Both the position numbers and the translations under genes were made by a program. A stretch of 60,889 bases of DNA, from positions 62,001 through 122,889 of IMG/VR virus record IMGVR_UViG_3300042363_000729, one strand, 5' to 3'. The notes beneath the pieces are model-generated. The model did not search any database and was not told where the DNA came from. It saw nothing but the letters and a program-made list of their open reading frames with translations. Positions 47,659 through 56,472 of the stretch are shown piece by piece (the stretch's first letter is position 1; each line of letters opens with the position of its first letter). The DNA is from an uncultured virus (IMG/VR IMGVR_UViG_3300042363_000729) (taxonomy: Duplodnaviria; Heunggongvirae; Uroviricota; Caudoviricetes).

Positions 47659-49145
47659 AACACATACTTGGAGTCAGTGCTGGCTTTCATGATGCGGCCC
47701 TGACCTTAATCAACGATCATGGTGACATTGAGTTTGCTGGACACAGCGAACGCTACAGCAAACTCAAAAACGATGAAAATTTATCATTGGGGTTACTGCA
47801 CGAAGTAACCAAATACAATATACAGCACATAGCCTACTACGAAAGACCCTGGGCCAAACAGCTACGACAACTGTACGCAGGTCAAGGGATTGAGTGGAAC
47901 AAACTGACTGCAAAGCAGATACTAACCCAGCAGATTGGTCAAGAGTTTGGTGCATTTCCCAGTGACAGAATCAGCACACACAATCATCATTTATCGCATG
48001 CGGCGGCTGGATTTCAGACCAGCACATTTGATCGTGCCACTGTGGTGGTAATTGACGCTATAGGTGAATGGGACACAATATCAATCTGGGGAGCAGAATA
48101 TGATTCAAAAGGTCAAGCAGTTTATAAGCGATTGTGGAAACAAACTTACCCACATTCCATCGGACTCTTTTATAGTGCAATCACTAGCCGCGTTGGCCTA
48201 CGCCCACTAGACGAAGAATACATTACCATGGGCATGGCAGCCTGGGGCAAACCCGCCTGGTACGAAAGCATGAGCATGGCCGTGGTCAAAGACTTAAAGT
48301 CAGTGACCATGCACAACAACCATCACACTGGTTTCCCAGACACGTTCCTTGAAGCCGCCACCAATGAAGACATTGCTTGTGCCGCGCAAATAGTTGCTGA
48401 AGATCTAATTGGGCAGGTAATGCAACGTGCTCGTGACTTCAAGTGGAGCAGTAACCTTGTGTACATGGGCGGTGTGGCGCTGAACTGTTTGGCCAATAGA
48501 AACCTGGGCAAATGGTTTGATAGTATTTGGATTATGCCTTGTCCCGGCGATGCTGGATCAAGTCTTGGTGCCGCGGCTCTGGTGCATGGCGGACAGATCA
48601 ACTGGGTCAATGCTTATCTTGGACACAATATACCTGGTAAGTATCCGGTACAAGCATTGTTAGACGAATTGGTAACCAATCGCATTGCTGGAGTGGCATC
48701 AGGTAGAGCTGAGTTTGGGCCACGTGCTCTGGGCAATAGAAGCTTGCTGGCCGACCCCAGAGGCAGTAGAATCAAGGATCAAGTAAATGGAATTAAACGC
48801 AGACAACAATTCAGACCCTTTGCGCCTGTTATTCTGGAGGAGCTGGTTGACATGTACTTTGATATGCCTAGTGGTTTCAGTAACAGTAGGTACATGCAGT
48901 CAATCGCTCGTTGCAGGCATCCTGACTTATTTCCTGCTATCATTCACGTTGACGGCACTAGTCGTGTACAAACAGTACCGCGTGATGGGTCAGGCATACG
49001 AAAACTGCTAGAAGCATGGTATGACTTGACTGGGTGCCCAATGCTGTTGAACACTAGTTTGAACATACGTGGTGAGCCCATGGTTAATGATCGTGCAGAT
49101 GCTGACCGCTTTGAACAATTATACGGGGTGCGAGTGTTTTCATGA
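47655..49145 (+). CDS. O-carbamoyltransferase, NodU/CmcH/TobZ family
   Basis: Motifs HDAA, ERYS, HHLSHAA, DAIGE, GGVALNC, GDAGSSLGAA, EFGPRALGNRS, FRPFAP, HVDGTSRVQ and LLNTSLN. Confidence 0.95.
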   Translation: MKHILGVSAGFHDAALTLINDHGDIEFAGHSERYSKLKNDENLSLGLLHEVTKYNIQHIAYYERPWAKQLRQLYAGQGIEWNKLTAKQILTQQIGQEFGAFPSDRISTHNHHLSHAAAGFQTSTFDRATVVVIDAIGEWDTISIWGAEYDSKGQAVYKRLWKQTYPHSIGLFYSAITSRVGLRPLDEEYITMGMAAWGKPAWYESMSMAVVKDLKSVTMHNNHHTGFPDTFLEAATNEDIACAAQIVAEDLIGQVMQRARDFKWSSNLVYMGGVALNCLANRNLGKWFDSIWIMPCPGDAGSSLGAAALVHGGQINWVNAYLGHNIPGKYPVQALLDELVTNRIAGVASGRAEFGPRALGNRSLLADPRGSRIKDQVNGIKRRQQFRPFAPVILEELVDMYFDMPSGFSNSRYMQSIARCRHPDLFPAIIHVDGTSRVQTVPRDGSGIRKLLEAWYDLTGCPMLLNTSLNIRGEPMVNDRADADRFEQLYGVRVFS

Positions 49146-49711
49146 ACGTAACCAGAGTATCACTGCCAACCAAGAGCCAGGTGTTGATTCTTGAAGACTT
49201 TTTCCCACAACATACTTTGCAACACTTGCACGACTTGTGCAGGGAATGGCATCCAACACTGAATACTGATTGGGTGCAACCTTATGAGTTTGCCGGGCGT
49301 CCTAGATGGAACTATCAAGGCAATCATCATGGGTGGCAAGAAGCCAAATTATTCATGAGCAGTGAACATGTGCTGAGCAGACTGCAAGGCGAAATACAAA
49401 GCGACCGCTTGGCTTTTGACAGTGCAGTGATGTGGATGGATCAAGCGGGCTTTGGTACCTTAGGCCCGCATCAAGAAAACAGCGGCACGTATCTTGCACA
49501 GATTTACCTAGCTGAAACAGAGCATCCTTACACAGGCACAACCATACACAACAGCAACAAACAGATCTTGTTTCAGTTGCCCTATCGTGACAACATGGGC
49601 TGGTTCTTTGACACTGGACGTACAGTAATGCATGGTAGAGAACACGATGTTCCCGAAGGTATCAACAGATTTACCTTGATGGCTTGGTTCAAGCCGTTAG
49701 TTGAGGGTTAA
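49142..49711 (+). CDS. 2OG-Fe(II) oxygenase-like protein
   Basis: LGPHQE (HxE)...QIYL...GT...MHG...RFTL jelly-roll pattern. Confidence 0.65.
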   Translation: MNVTRVSLPTKSQVLILEDFFPQHTLQHLHDLCREWHPTLNTDWVQPYEFAGRPRWNYQGNHHGWQEAKLFMSSEHVLSRLQGEIQSDRLAFDSAVMWMDQAGFGTLGPHQENSGTYLAQIYLAETEHPYTGTTIHNSNKQILFQLPYRDNMGWFFDTGRTVMHGREHDVPEGINRFTLMAWFKPLVEG

Positions 49712-50748
49712 AGATAAGACTCTAGTCCGCCACGACGTCGGATATCTTGTGTACAGCAACTAATACCACCATCCCAGAAATAGCTGTGACGCAGTTCTGA
49801 AATAATGGGATTGATACGATGTTTTTTACAGTAGTCAAACACTTCTTTGTTGTAGGCTGAGAAGATAACATTTTCTTCGTCTAGAACCAAGCAGTTCACA
49901 TCAAACACAGTTTCAGCAACAAAGCCAGTCCACTTGGTTAGATAAGTGTCCACAAACTGTGTGAACTCAGGAGTGGGTGTTTGTCCTTGCACATACCAAG
50001 CACCGGGTGATTGTTCATACTTGAACTTGCCCACTTCCATTGCGGCCCAGATTGAGCTATCCCAAATCTTGCACACATCCCAGCCCGGGAAGTCACGGGC
50101 TAGATCCAAGTTAACATCGTGCTTTGAACTCAGCAACACTCCGGGCTTGAGAATAGCAAACACAGCGTCGCCATGGCCATCAGTGATAGCTTCATGGATC
50201 CGATATTCAGGACCTAGCACATTGTCCACAATCCAACGAGTCTGTTCAGGCTTTAGGAAGTCTGAGTTATCAAAGAATACATCACGGCCAACACGAACAA
50301 TACAGCTGGCACTTGCACCGTTGAGTATGCAATTTTCATCCCAGCCTGTGGGGCCGTGTGGGTTGATGACTGATCCCGGTTGCGCAGTTTCGTATTCATT
50401 GCATATACCATCCAGTTCTTGCATGGCCAACACACGCAACAGTTTGTCACCAAGCGTGATTTGCCAGTCTCTGGGAGTAAGTGGTGGAAGTGCTACCCCA
50501 CTTCCACTAACTTGATTTTCTTGAAACCAGTCTTTATTGGGTAGGTCTGGTCGTCGAACTCGAGCACCCGACTTTTCTATTGTTTTCTGCAAGTTGGTAA
50601 GGTCTTCCGCAGTCTCAGCAAGGATTTGCTGAAGTTGGTTGCGCACTTGTGCGTTTTCTATGAAGTCAAAGTAATCAGGTGTGTACGCACGGCCTACAAT
50701 GACTTCTTCAAGTGGCTGCCAACTGGTGTAAGAGTTAATAGGATTCAT
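49708..50748 (-). CDS. Amidinotransferase (glycine / inosamine-phosphate amidinotransferase family)
   Basis: NSYTSWQPLEEVIVG, PRD, GHGD and C-terminal GGISCCTQDIRR with the catalytic Cys. Confidence 0.85.
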   Translation of the reverse strand: MNPINSYTSWQPLEEVIVGRAYTPDYFDFIENAQVRNQLQQILAETAEDLTNLQKTIEKSGARVRRPDLPNKDWFQENQVSGSGVALPPLTPRDWQITLGDKLLRVLAMQELDGICNEYETAQPGSVINPHGPTGWDENCILNGASASCIVRVGRDVFFDNSDFLKPEQTRWIVDNVLGPEYRIHEAITDGHGDAVFAILKPGVLLSSKHDVNLDLARDFPGWDVCKIWDSSIWAAMEVGKFKYEQSPGAWYVQGQTPTPEFTQFVDTYLTKWTGFVAETVFDVNCLVLDEENVIFSAYNKEVFDYCKKHRINPIISELRHSYFWDGGISCCTQDIRRRGGLESYL

Positions 50749-51916
50749 TTAGTTGCTCGAGTAGAATATTTAAGCGTTGTGTCTTGTGTTGTAAAAATAA
50801 CTGCTGGTTGTGTTCTATGTCTGCTCTAGAAACTTCAAAGCGATCCTTTAACCGGTATTGTGATTGTTCAATGGCACCGCACAATTTTTTCCAGCGTTCG
50901 GTGTGATCGGGAATACGATCATATGAGTTATCAAGTATAGTATCAAACACCCGATAGCCCATATCCCGTAGCAGTTGCAAGCTACCCGCAGGACCAGCAA
51001 TAAAGAATAACTGCCCATGCTTGATGGGCTTGAACGTTTTTTCTGTTAGGAATATACCTGCACAACCATCTGCATCAAAGTGTGTTTCCATCACAATGTT
51101 ACAGTATGCATTGGCAAAGTACTTGGGCTCTTGTATGCTGTGGTTGTTGCGTTGCTCCATACTGAGCTCATCGCTGATATACGGTGCCCCTGCAAGAAAC
51201 TGATCAGTATCCGCACGTAAGTTTTTGAATGCATCTATTTGTATGGGATTGTCTGCATCTACTATACTGCCAGTTTCGCAATAACTCCAGTAGGAGTTTG
51301 ATAGTAGTCCTTGACGATGCATGTCTGCCATTGCAGTAGCACGCCAGCTCTTGTGCAATCGGTTCAGCACCGTGAAGTCACGCTCACGTGGCTCAGCATG
51401 TATCTTCATTGCAGGCACGTGCTCGTTGCGTTGCCAGTACCATAACTCAAAGTCATTGAAATAAACAAAATCAGGAATATCACGTGCGGCTGTATTGGCA
51501 CCGACAAACACATAACATCTCTTGGGCAATTGATGTTGTTCAGCTAGAGCATCCAGTCTTTGTTTTATACGTTTAGGATTGTCTCCTTCGTGGTAATAAA
51601 ACAATATGCGAATATGACTATGCCATAACTCAGTAAACACACGCTCAGGCAACAGATCAAAATAGTCTATGCCAAAATCAAAGAATCCCAGACCTATTGG
51701 ATAAAACGCATCAGCTGGCCAAGCACTTGACAAGTCCACAATGTTTAGTTTAACGTTGTGGTGATCGCAATATTCTTGCAATCGCAAAGGAATGGTGTAA
51801 GGCCAGTGTGAGCCAAACTCACGCCAGCTGTGTGTATATGGTCTGCCTTCGTGTTGAGCAAACGCAGGGTATATTTTACCCTTGACTATTCGGTCCGCTA
51901 TCAGTGTCAATGCCAT
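50735..51916 (-). CDS. GT10-like ('TEKT') putative glycosyltransferase 4
   Basis: FTVLNRLHKSWR and YCNIVMET...FLTEKTFKPI...MGYRVF...DNSYD. Confidence 0.55.
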   Translation of the reverse strand: MALTLIADRIVKGKIYPAFAQHEGRPYTHSWREFGSHWPYTIPLRLQEYCDHHNVKLNIVDLSSAWPADAFYPIGLGFFDFGIDYFDLLPERVFTELWHSHIRILFYYHEGDNPKRIKQRLDALAEQHQLPKRCYVFVGANTAARDIPDFVYFNDFELWYWQRNEHVPAMKIHAEPRERDFTVLNRLHKSWRATAMADMHRQGLLSNSYWSYCETGSIVDADNPIQIDAFKNLRADTDQFLAGAPYISDELSMEQRNNHSIQEPKYFANAYCNIVMETHFDADGCAGIFLTEKTFKPIKHGQLFFIAGPAGSLQLLRDMGYRVFDTILDNSYDRIPDHTERWKKLCGAIEQSQYRLKDRFEVSRADIEHNQQLFLQHKTQRLNILLEQLNESY

Positions 51917-53018
51917 TCAACATCTCCTTTAGTTCGTCCCACAAAACAGCTTCAAACCCGCCACCATAAAAGTGATTCCAGTTGTGCTCTATAACTTCTT
52001 GTGCGGCTTCAAACAAGTCTTGTTTGCCTTCTGGGGGCAACTCGTCCAAGCTACGCAACAAACTGGCAATGCGCTCAATCCGAACATCATCTTTAGCGTT
52101 ATCATAGCTTTCGTCCCAGATGCCTTCAAACGTGCGGAATCCATAACTGCGCAAGTACGCAAGACTGCCTTGAGTGCCCACAATCACAAACGGCATGCCC
52201 AGGGCAATTGGCTTGAAAGTCTTTTCAGTGATGTGATGTCTACGTCCTGTGGCCACAGTTTCTGTCACAAGATACAATAGACTTTCAGCCGACTGATCAA
52301 ACAAACTTAACCAGCATGAATGCATGGGATGATCTGTTTCGTCCTTGAAGTTCATGGGCAATGGTGCATTGGCAAACACAGTTTCAATATCAGGATATTT
52401 TGCAACCAAGGGCCGGACTGCATCCAGAATGCTGATGTTTTCTGCCGGACAAGTTTCTGGACAACTAATATGATTGTCTAGCATGCCGTTACGGAATATG
52501 TGATACAACACTTCTAGTCTGTGCTGGCGTTCACCTGCAATGATACGATTGGGTGCAATGAACGTTTTGGTTATGATTCTTTTGTGCCATGGCTGGATCA
52601 AAAACGTTTTGTCGTAGCCACGATACCAATCCAATGCGGCCCAGCCATGAAAGAAATAGTACATTGGTTTCCACCGATATTGGGCACAAAGCGTGTCTAC
52701 ATTGTCACTGTCACGTTCGCTGGTCAGTAAGTATCCGCCCGGATCAGTTTGTGGGTTAGTTGGGCCATTTTTGTGAGTGATATCTTTGTTCCTACGTTGC
52801 ACTTCATCAAAAGTGGGCATGTGTATGTTCAAATGAATAGGCTCTTGGTCAAAAAAGAATATATAATTGTGTTCGTGTACATCATCTCTACCATAATTAA
52901 CAACACTGTCAGGGTCACTACGACCAAAAGGGTCACACACAAACGCTCTAACTCCAGGACGATTATCTCGGATCCAAGGCCAAAAAGTGTTGTTGTAAAT
53001 TTCATCTATTCTAAGCAT
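51876..53018 (-). CDS. GT10-like ('TEKT') putative glycosyltransferase 5
   Basis: NRIIAGERQHR and LYLVTET...ITEKTFKPIALGMPFVIVG...YGFRTF...DESYD. Confidence 0.55.
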   Translation of the reverse strand: MLRIDEIYNNTFWPWIRDNRPGVRAFVCDPFGRSDPDSVVNYGRDDVHEHNYIFFFDQEPIHLNIHMPTFDEVQRRNKDITHKNGPTNPQTDPGGYLLTSERDSDNVDTLCAQYRWKPMYYFFHGWAALDWYRGYDKTFLIQPWHKRIITKTFIAPNRIIAGERQHRLEVLYHIFRNGMLDNHISCPETCPAENISILDAVRPLVAKYPDIETVFANAPLPMNFKDETDHPMHSCWLSLFDQSAESLLYLVTETVATGRRHHITEKTFKPIALGMPFVIVGTQGSLAYLRSYGFRTFEGIWDESYDNAKDDVRIERIASLLRSLDELPPEGKQDLFEAAQEVIEHNWNHFYGGGFEAVLWDELKEMLNGIDTDSGPNSQG

Positions 53019-55236
53019 GTTTGACGTTTTCTATTCAGGGAAGAAGCCTAATTGTTTTGCGCATGAGCGTGAAGCAAAAAGCCTTGAGCATGCACAACAG
53101 TTGAGTCGCACTAGATACTTCTGGTGGATCTCATACTTATGTGATTATAGCACATTCAACTGGGATTTTCAACCACCACCTTGGCAAGCAGAGTACACAC
53201 ACGCATGGCCCAGTAACTTCTATGATTTTTCTGGCACGTATCTTGTGCCTCGGTCAGGTGCCATTGACTATCACTTCCATACCAAAACAATACCCAATCA
53301 AGACAGACCCATGGAGTTTACGGACCTGGTACAGTCCTGTGTGTTTGACACAGCATGGTCGCCACACCCCATGGATCCGCCTTATATCTATGTGTTTGGT
53401 AATCAGTGGTATCCTGCAGAAAAAATGCCCACTGTGGAATATCATGTGCCGGGTGCAACACAACGCAAGTACATGAGTCAGCCCAAGGCTAAACTACTGG
53501 AACGGCATGACAATCACTGGCATACTCGAATAGACTGTGAGTGGGATTACTCCTGGCGCCCTGATCCTGGTGACCCGCCCTTGATCTATGTGTTTGGCAA
53601 TCAGTGGTGGCCAGCTGAAAAGATGCCTACTGTGGAGTACACCGTACCGGGTGCAACTGATCGCAAGTACATGAGCTGGCCACGTGCGCAGTTGTTGCCC
53701 GATCACACAAACTGGACCATCCCTGATAACATTGCCTGGACTGATGTAGATACTTCATGGGCACCAGATCCTGGTGATCCACCTTACCGCTATCAATTTG
53801 CCACTCAGCATCAAAAAACAGGCGGGCCAGTGTACACAGTACCGGGTGCAACAGAAACAAAATATCTAGCTGAACTAAAGATACGCACAGTGGGCAAAAC
53901 CACAGCAGTTGTTGAAATAGATCACTTGGATGGTGCCGCAGGTGCTATTCCCAACACCGCCAAGCGAGTGCGGTACTTTGACAACTATCGCGACACCCTG
54001 GTACGTATTGCAAAGAGCTTGGCCAATGAACATGAATATATCTGGGTGTGCAGTAGCATTTGTGACTACACAGACTTTGACTTCTCCTGGCACCCTGAAC
54101 AATGGCAAGCCACAATGCTTCATGTGTTTGCTAGCGACGGCGAGAAGTTTGGGGACACATTCTTCATGCACGTTCCCACCTTTGCTGAGTACGGAGACCG
54201 CAAAGCCTTGCTGGAATGGTATGATGTGAACTTTGTCACAACCAGCGTACCACGTAGACCCATGCCAGTAATTGTGCATGATTACGATAGCCAAGCCGAA
54301 GCAGTTCAAACATTACCATTTGATGGTCCGCTAGCATTGTATACCACAACAGATTTTGTGTCGGGCAACTTGGCCACAGTCCCGTTATGGCGAACAGAAA
54401 CCAAAACTATTGTGCCACTCAGTGCAGGTGCAACATCAGTAATTGTGCCCAAAACAGCAGTAGGTGATATCCGTACACAGTTGTATGATTACCCTTTCAT
54501 AGACCGAACACATCGTATATTAAAGGAACAGCCCTTGGACATTGTGTTTATATCCAATGGTGAACCCAATGCCAAGTCTAATTATTTGCAGATGACAATG
54601 TATCTGGCCAACGAGTCAAGGTACACAAACCGCGTTCATGTGGTAGAAGGAGTAAATGGACGGGTGGCAGCATATCATGCTGCCGCTAGAGCCAGCACTA
54701 CGCCTTGGTTCTTTGCTGTGTTTGCCAAGCTAGAAGTGACTCAAATGTTTGATTGGACCTGGCAACCTGATCGTATGCAACAAGCCAAGCACTATATCTT
54801 TCATGCTGGTAATCCTGTGAATGGATTAGTGTACGGTCACCAGGCCATGATTGCGTACAATAAAAAACTGGCATTAGAGAACACAGGTGTTGGGTTAGAT
54901 TTTACACTGGATCAAGCACACGAAGTTGTGCCTATTCTTAGTGGCACGGCCAACTATGCTGAAACACCTTGGATGGCTTGGCGTACAGCTTTCCGTGAAG
55001 CACTCAAACTACGTGCAAGTTTGCCCGACGTGGAAAATGAATATAGACTAAAGGTCTGGTTAAAAGAAGATTCTGGCACCATTGCCCATGGACACTGGAG
55101 TCATAAAGGTGCACAGGATGCGGTGGAGTTTTATGAAGAAGTCAACGGTGATCCCACTGAACTCCGCAAGAGCTACGAGTGGGCGTGGCTAGCAAGCTAT
55201 GCGTTCTTCAAACGCAGTCTAGCACCTGATCAATGA
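53017..55236 (+). CDS. Multidomain protein: Trp/Pro-rich repeats plus C-terminal GT-A-like domain
   Basis: The C-terminus (DIVFISNGEPNA...GVNGRVAAYHAAA...NGLVYGH...AWRTAFREALKL) parallels the 33480 gene. The N-terminal region is repetitive. Confidence 0.65.
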   Translation: MFDVFYSGKKPNCFAHEREAKSLEHAQQLSRTRYFWWISYLCDYSTFNWDFQPPPWQAEYTHAWPSNFYDFSGTYLVPRSGAIDYHFHTKTIPNQDRPMEFTDLVQSCVFDTAWSPHPMDPPYIYVFGNQWYPAEKMPTVEYHVPGATQRKYMSQPKAKLLERHDNHWHTRIDCEWDYSWRPDPGDPPLIYVFGNQWWPAEKMPTVEYTVPGATDRKYMSWPRAQLLPDHTNWTIPDNIAWTDVDTSWAPDPGDPPYRYQFATQHQKTGGPVYTVPGATETKYLAELKIRTVGKTTAVVEIDHLDGAAGAIPNTAKRVRYFDNYRDTLVRIAKSLANEHEYIWVCSSICDYTDFDFSWHPEQWQATMLHVFASDGEKFGDTFFMHVPTFAEYGDRKALLEWYDVNFVTTSVPRRPMPVIVHDYDSQAEAVQTLPFDGPLALYTTTDFVSGNLATVPLWRTETKTIVPLSAGATSVIVPKTAVGDIRTQLYDYPFIDRTHRILKEQPLDIVFISNGEPNAKSNYLQMTMYLANESRYTNRVHVVEGVNGRVAAYHAAARASTTPWFFAVFAKLEVTQMFDWTWQPDRMQQAKHYIFHAGNPVNGLVYGHQAMIAYNKKLALENTGVGLDFTLDQAHEVVPILSGTANYAETPWMAWRTAFREALKLRASLPDVENEYRLKVWLKEDSGTIAHGHWSHKGAQDAVEFYEEVNGDPTELRKSYEWAWLASYAFFKRSLAPDQ
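53356..53870 (+). repeat. Intragenic tandem repeat, 198-nt (66-aa) period; two close copies and one diverged copy
   Basis: ATCTATGTGTTTGG starts at 53386 and 53584. Protein unit DPP.IYVFGNQW.PAEKMPTVEY.VPGAT.RKYM occurs twice; the third unit is DPGDPPYRYQF...YTVPGATETKYL. Confidence 0.85.
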
Positions 55237-56284
55237 TGTATTCTACTTCTAGGTCAGTAAGCTCAGGATATATGGGCAAGCTCAAACAGCGACGGCTTAG
55301 AGCATAACTGGCCGCCAACATGTCTGGACCTTGATAATGCTGGAATGCCGGTAGTTCTTGCACGGGCTCTGCATAGTGTATTTTGGTTTCAATCTTGCGC
55401 AAGTTAAGATTTTGTTGCAGAATATCCCGGTTGTTGACTTCAATCACAAACTTGTGATAGCAATGCTTATCAACATTGTTGTCATCAATTAACGTTCTAA
55501 TTGCAGTGTTTTTCAAACGTTCAATCCAGTGACGAGCAACGGTTCCACGACGATGTTGCCAAGCATCTAGGTGTCGTGTTTTGACTATCATTTGCGCACA
55601 GTCAACTTCGCTCATGCGACTATTTGTACCAATATCAGAATGCCGTGTATGTTTGCCGTTGGCCACAAAGTCACGTGCAAATTCGTTGAGTTCAAATCGA
55701 TCAGTCACCACTGCACCGCCATTGCCGTAGTTGGCAAAATTCTTTGTGGGATCAAAACTGATTGCGGCAGCCACACTGTGTCGACGACATCGATCTGCTA
55801 GCCAGTGTTGTGCGGCATCTTCGATTACTATATCACCATGATTTTTCCACTGTCGATCCACACTGTGTCCATACAAACCTACCAAACATACTGCTTGGTA
55901 ACTTACGTCTTTTGACAGTTTTTTGTAGTCCATCTGACCATTATGGTCAGTGTCCAAGATGTGAATATTCCAGCCAGCTCGAATCCAAGCATTGGCAGTG
56001 GCCGGATAGGTCAGCGCAGGTATGATCACAGTGGGTGGTGTGATGCCAATTTTACTTCTAAAATATTCGGCAATGATTTCCAAGGCCTGTGTGCCAGAGT
56101 GACACAGTGTAGCATGCTTTACACCGTTCTTACGAGACAACCAATGAGCAAACTCTGCGGTGTAGTTGCCATCCATAAGCCGGCCGCTACGCAAAACCTC
56201 ATCAGTTACTTCTAAGATTTCACTTCTTAGATTGTTGTACTGTTTTTTTAGACCAGTAAATGGAATTGTAAGACCGGTAGTCAT
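55208..56284 (-). CDS. DegT/DnrJ/EryC1/StrS family PLP-dependent sugar aminotransferase
   Basis: SGTQAL, PALTYPAT, IEDAAQ, SFDPTKN (PLP lysine), GNGGAV, NSRM and LSLPIYPEL. Confidence 0.92.
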   Translation of the reverse strand: MTTGLTIPFTGLKKQYNNLRSEILEVTDEVLRSGRLMDGNYTAEFAHWLSRKNGVKHATLCHSGTQALEIIAEYFRSKIGITPPTVIIPALTYPATANAWIRAGWNIHILDTDHNGQMDYKKLSKDVSYQAVCLVGLYGHSVDRQWKNHGDIVIEDAAQHWLADRCRRHSVAAAISFDPTKNFANYGNGGAVVTDRFELNEFARDFVANGKHTRHSDIGTNSRMSEVDCAQMIVKTRHLDAWQHRRGTVARHWIERLKNTAIRTLIDDNNVDKHCYHKFVIEVNNRDILQQNLNLRKIETKIHYAEPVQELPAFQHYQGPDMLAASYALSRRCLSLPIYPELTDLEVEYIIDQVLDCV

Positions 56285-56460
56285 CCATTCTTTGCCCAGG
56301 CAACATACCCACCATTGGTATCACTCCATGGACAGTATTGTTCCCACAGTGCTTTACATGTGTCGGGATTGTCTTTCATGAGTTTATCCAGTGTGGGTCT
56401 AGTTAGATATCCAGCATGACTCCAGTCATGATTTTTTATTGCAGTTTCTAAATCAGTCAT
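56281..56460 (-). CDS. 59-aa hypothetical protein, not in the ORF track
   Basis: MTDLETAIKNHDWSHAGYLTRPTLDKLMKDNPDTCKALWEQYCPWSDTNGGYVAWAKNG. Fills the gap, with an ATGA overlap with the DegT gene. Confidence 0.7.
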   Translation of the reverse strand: MTDLETAIKNHDWSHAGYLTRPTLDKLMKDNPDTCKALWEQYCPWSDTNGGYVAWAKNG

Positions 56461-56472
56461 TTTGTTTATCTT

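Noticed and set aside
47557..50748. Saxitoxin-like cluster (SxtI-, SxtK- and SxtG-like families together)
   Set aside because: No SxtA-like PKS or other core sxt genes are present, and the context is glycosyltransferases. Only family-level resemblance is supported.
53356..53870. Repeat pair as a DGR template/variable region or CRISPR array
   Set aside because: The copies are in-frame, adjacent and differ largely at synonymous positions rather than only at adenines. There is no reverse transcriptase, spacer structure or cas gene.
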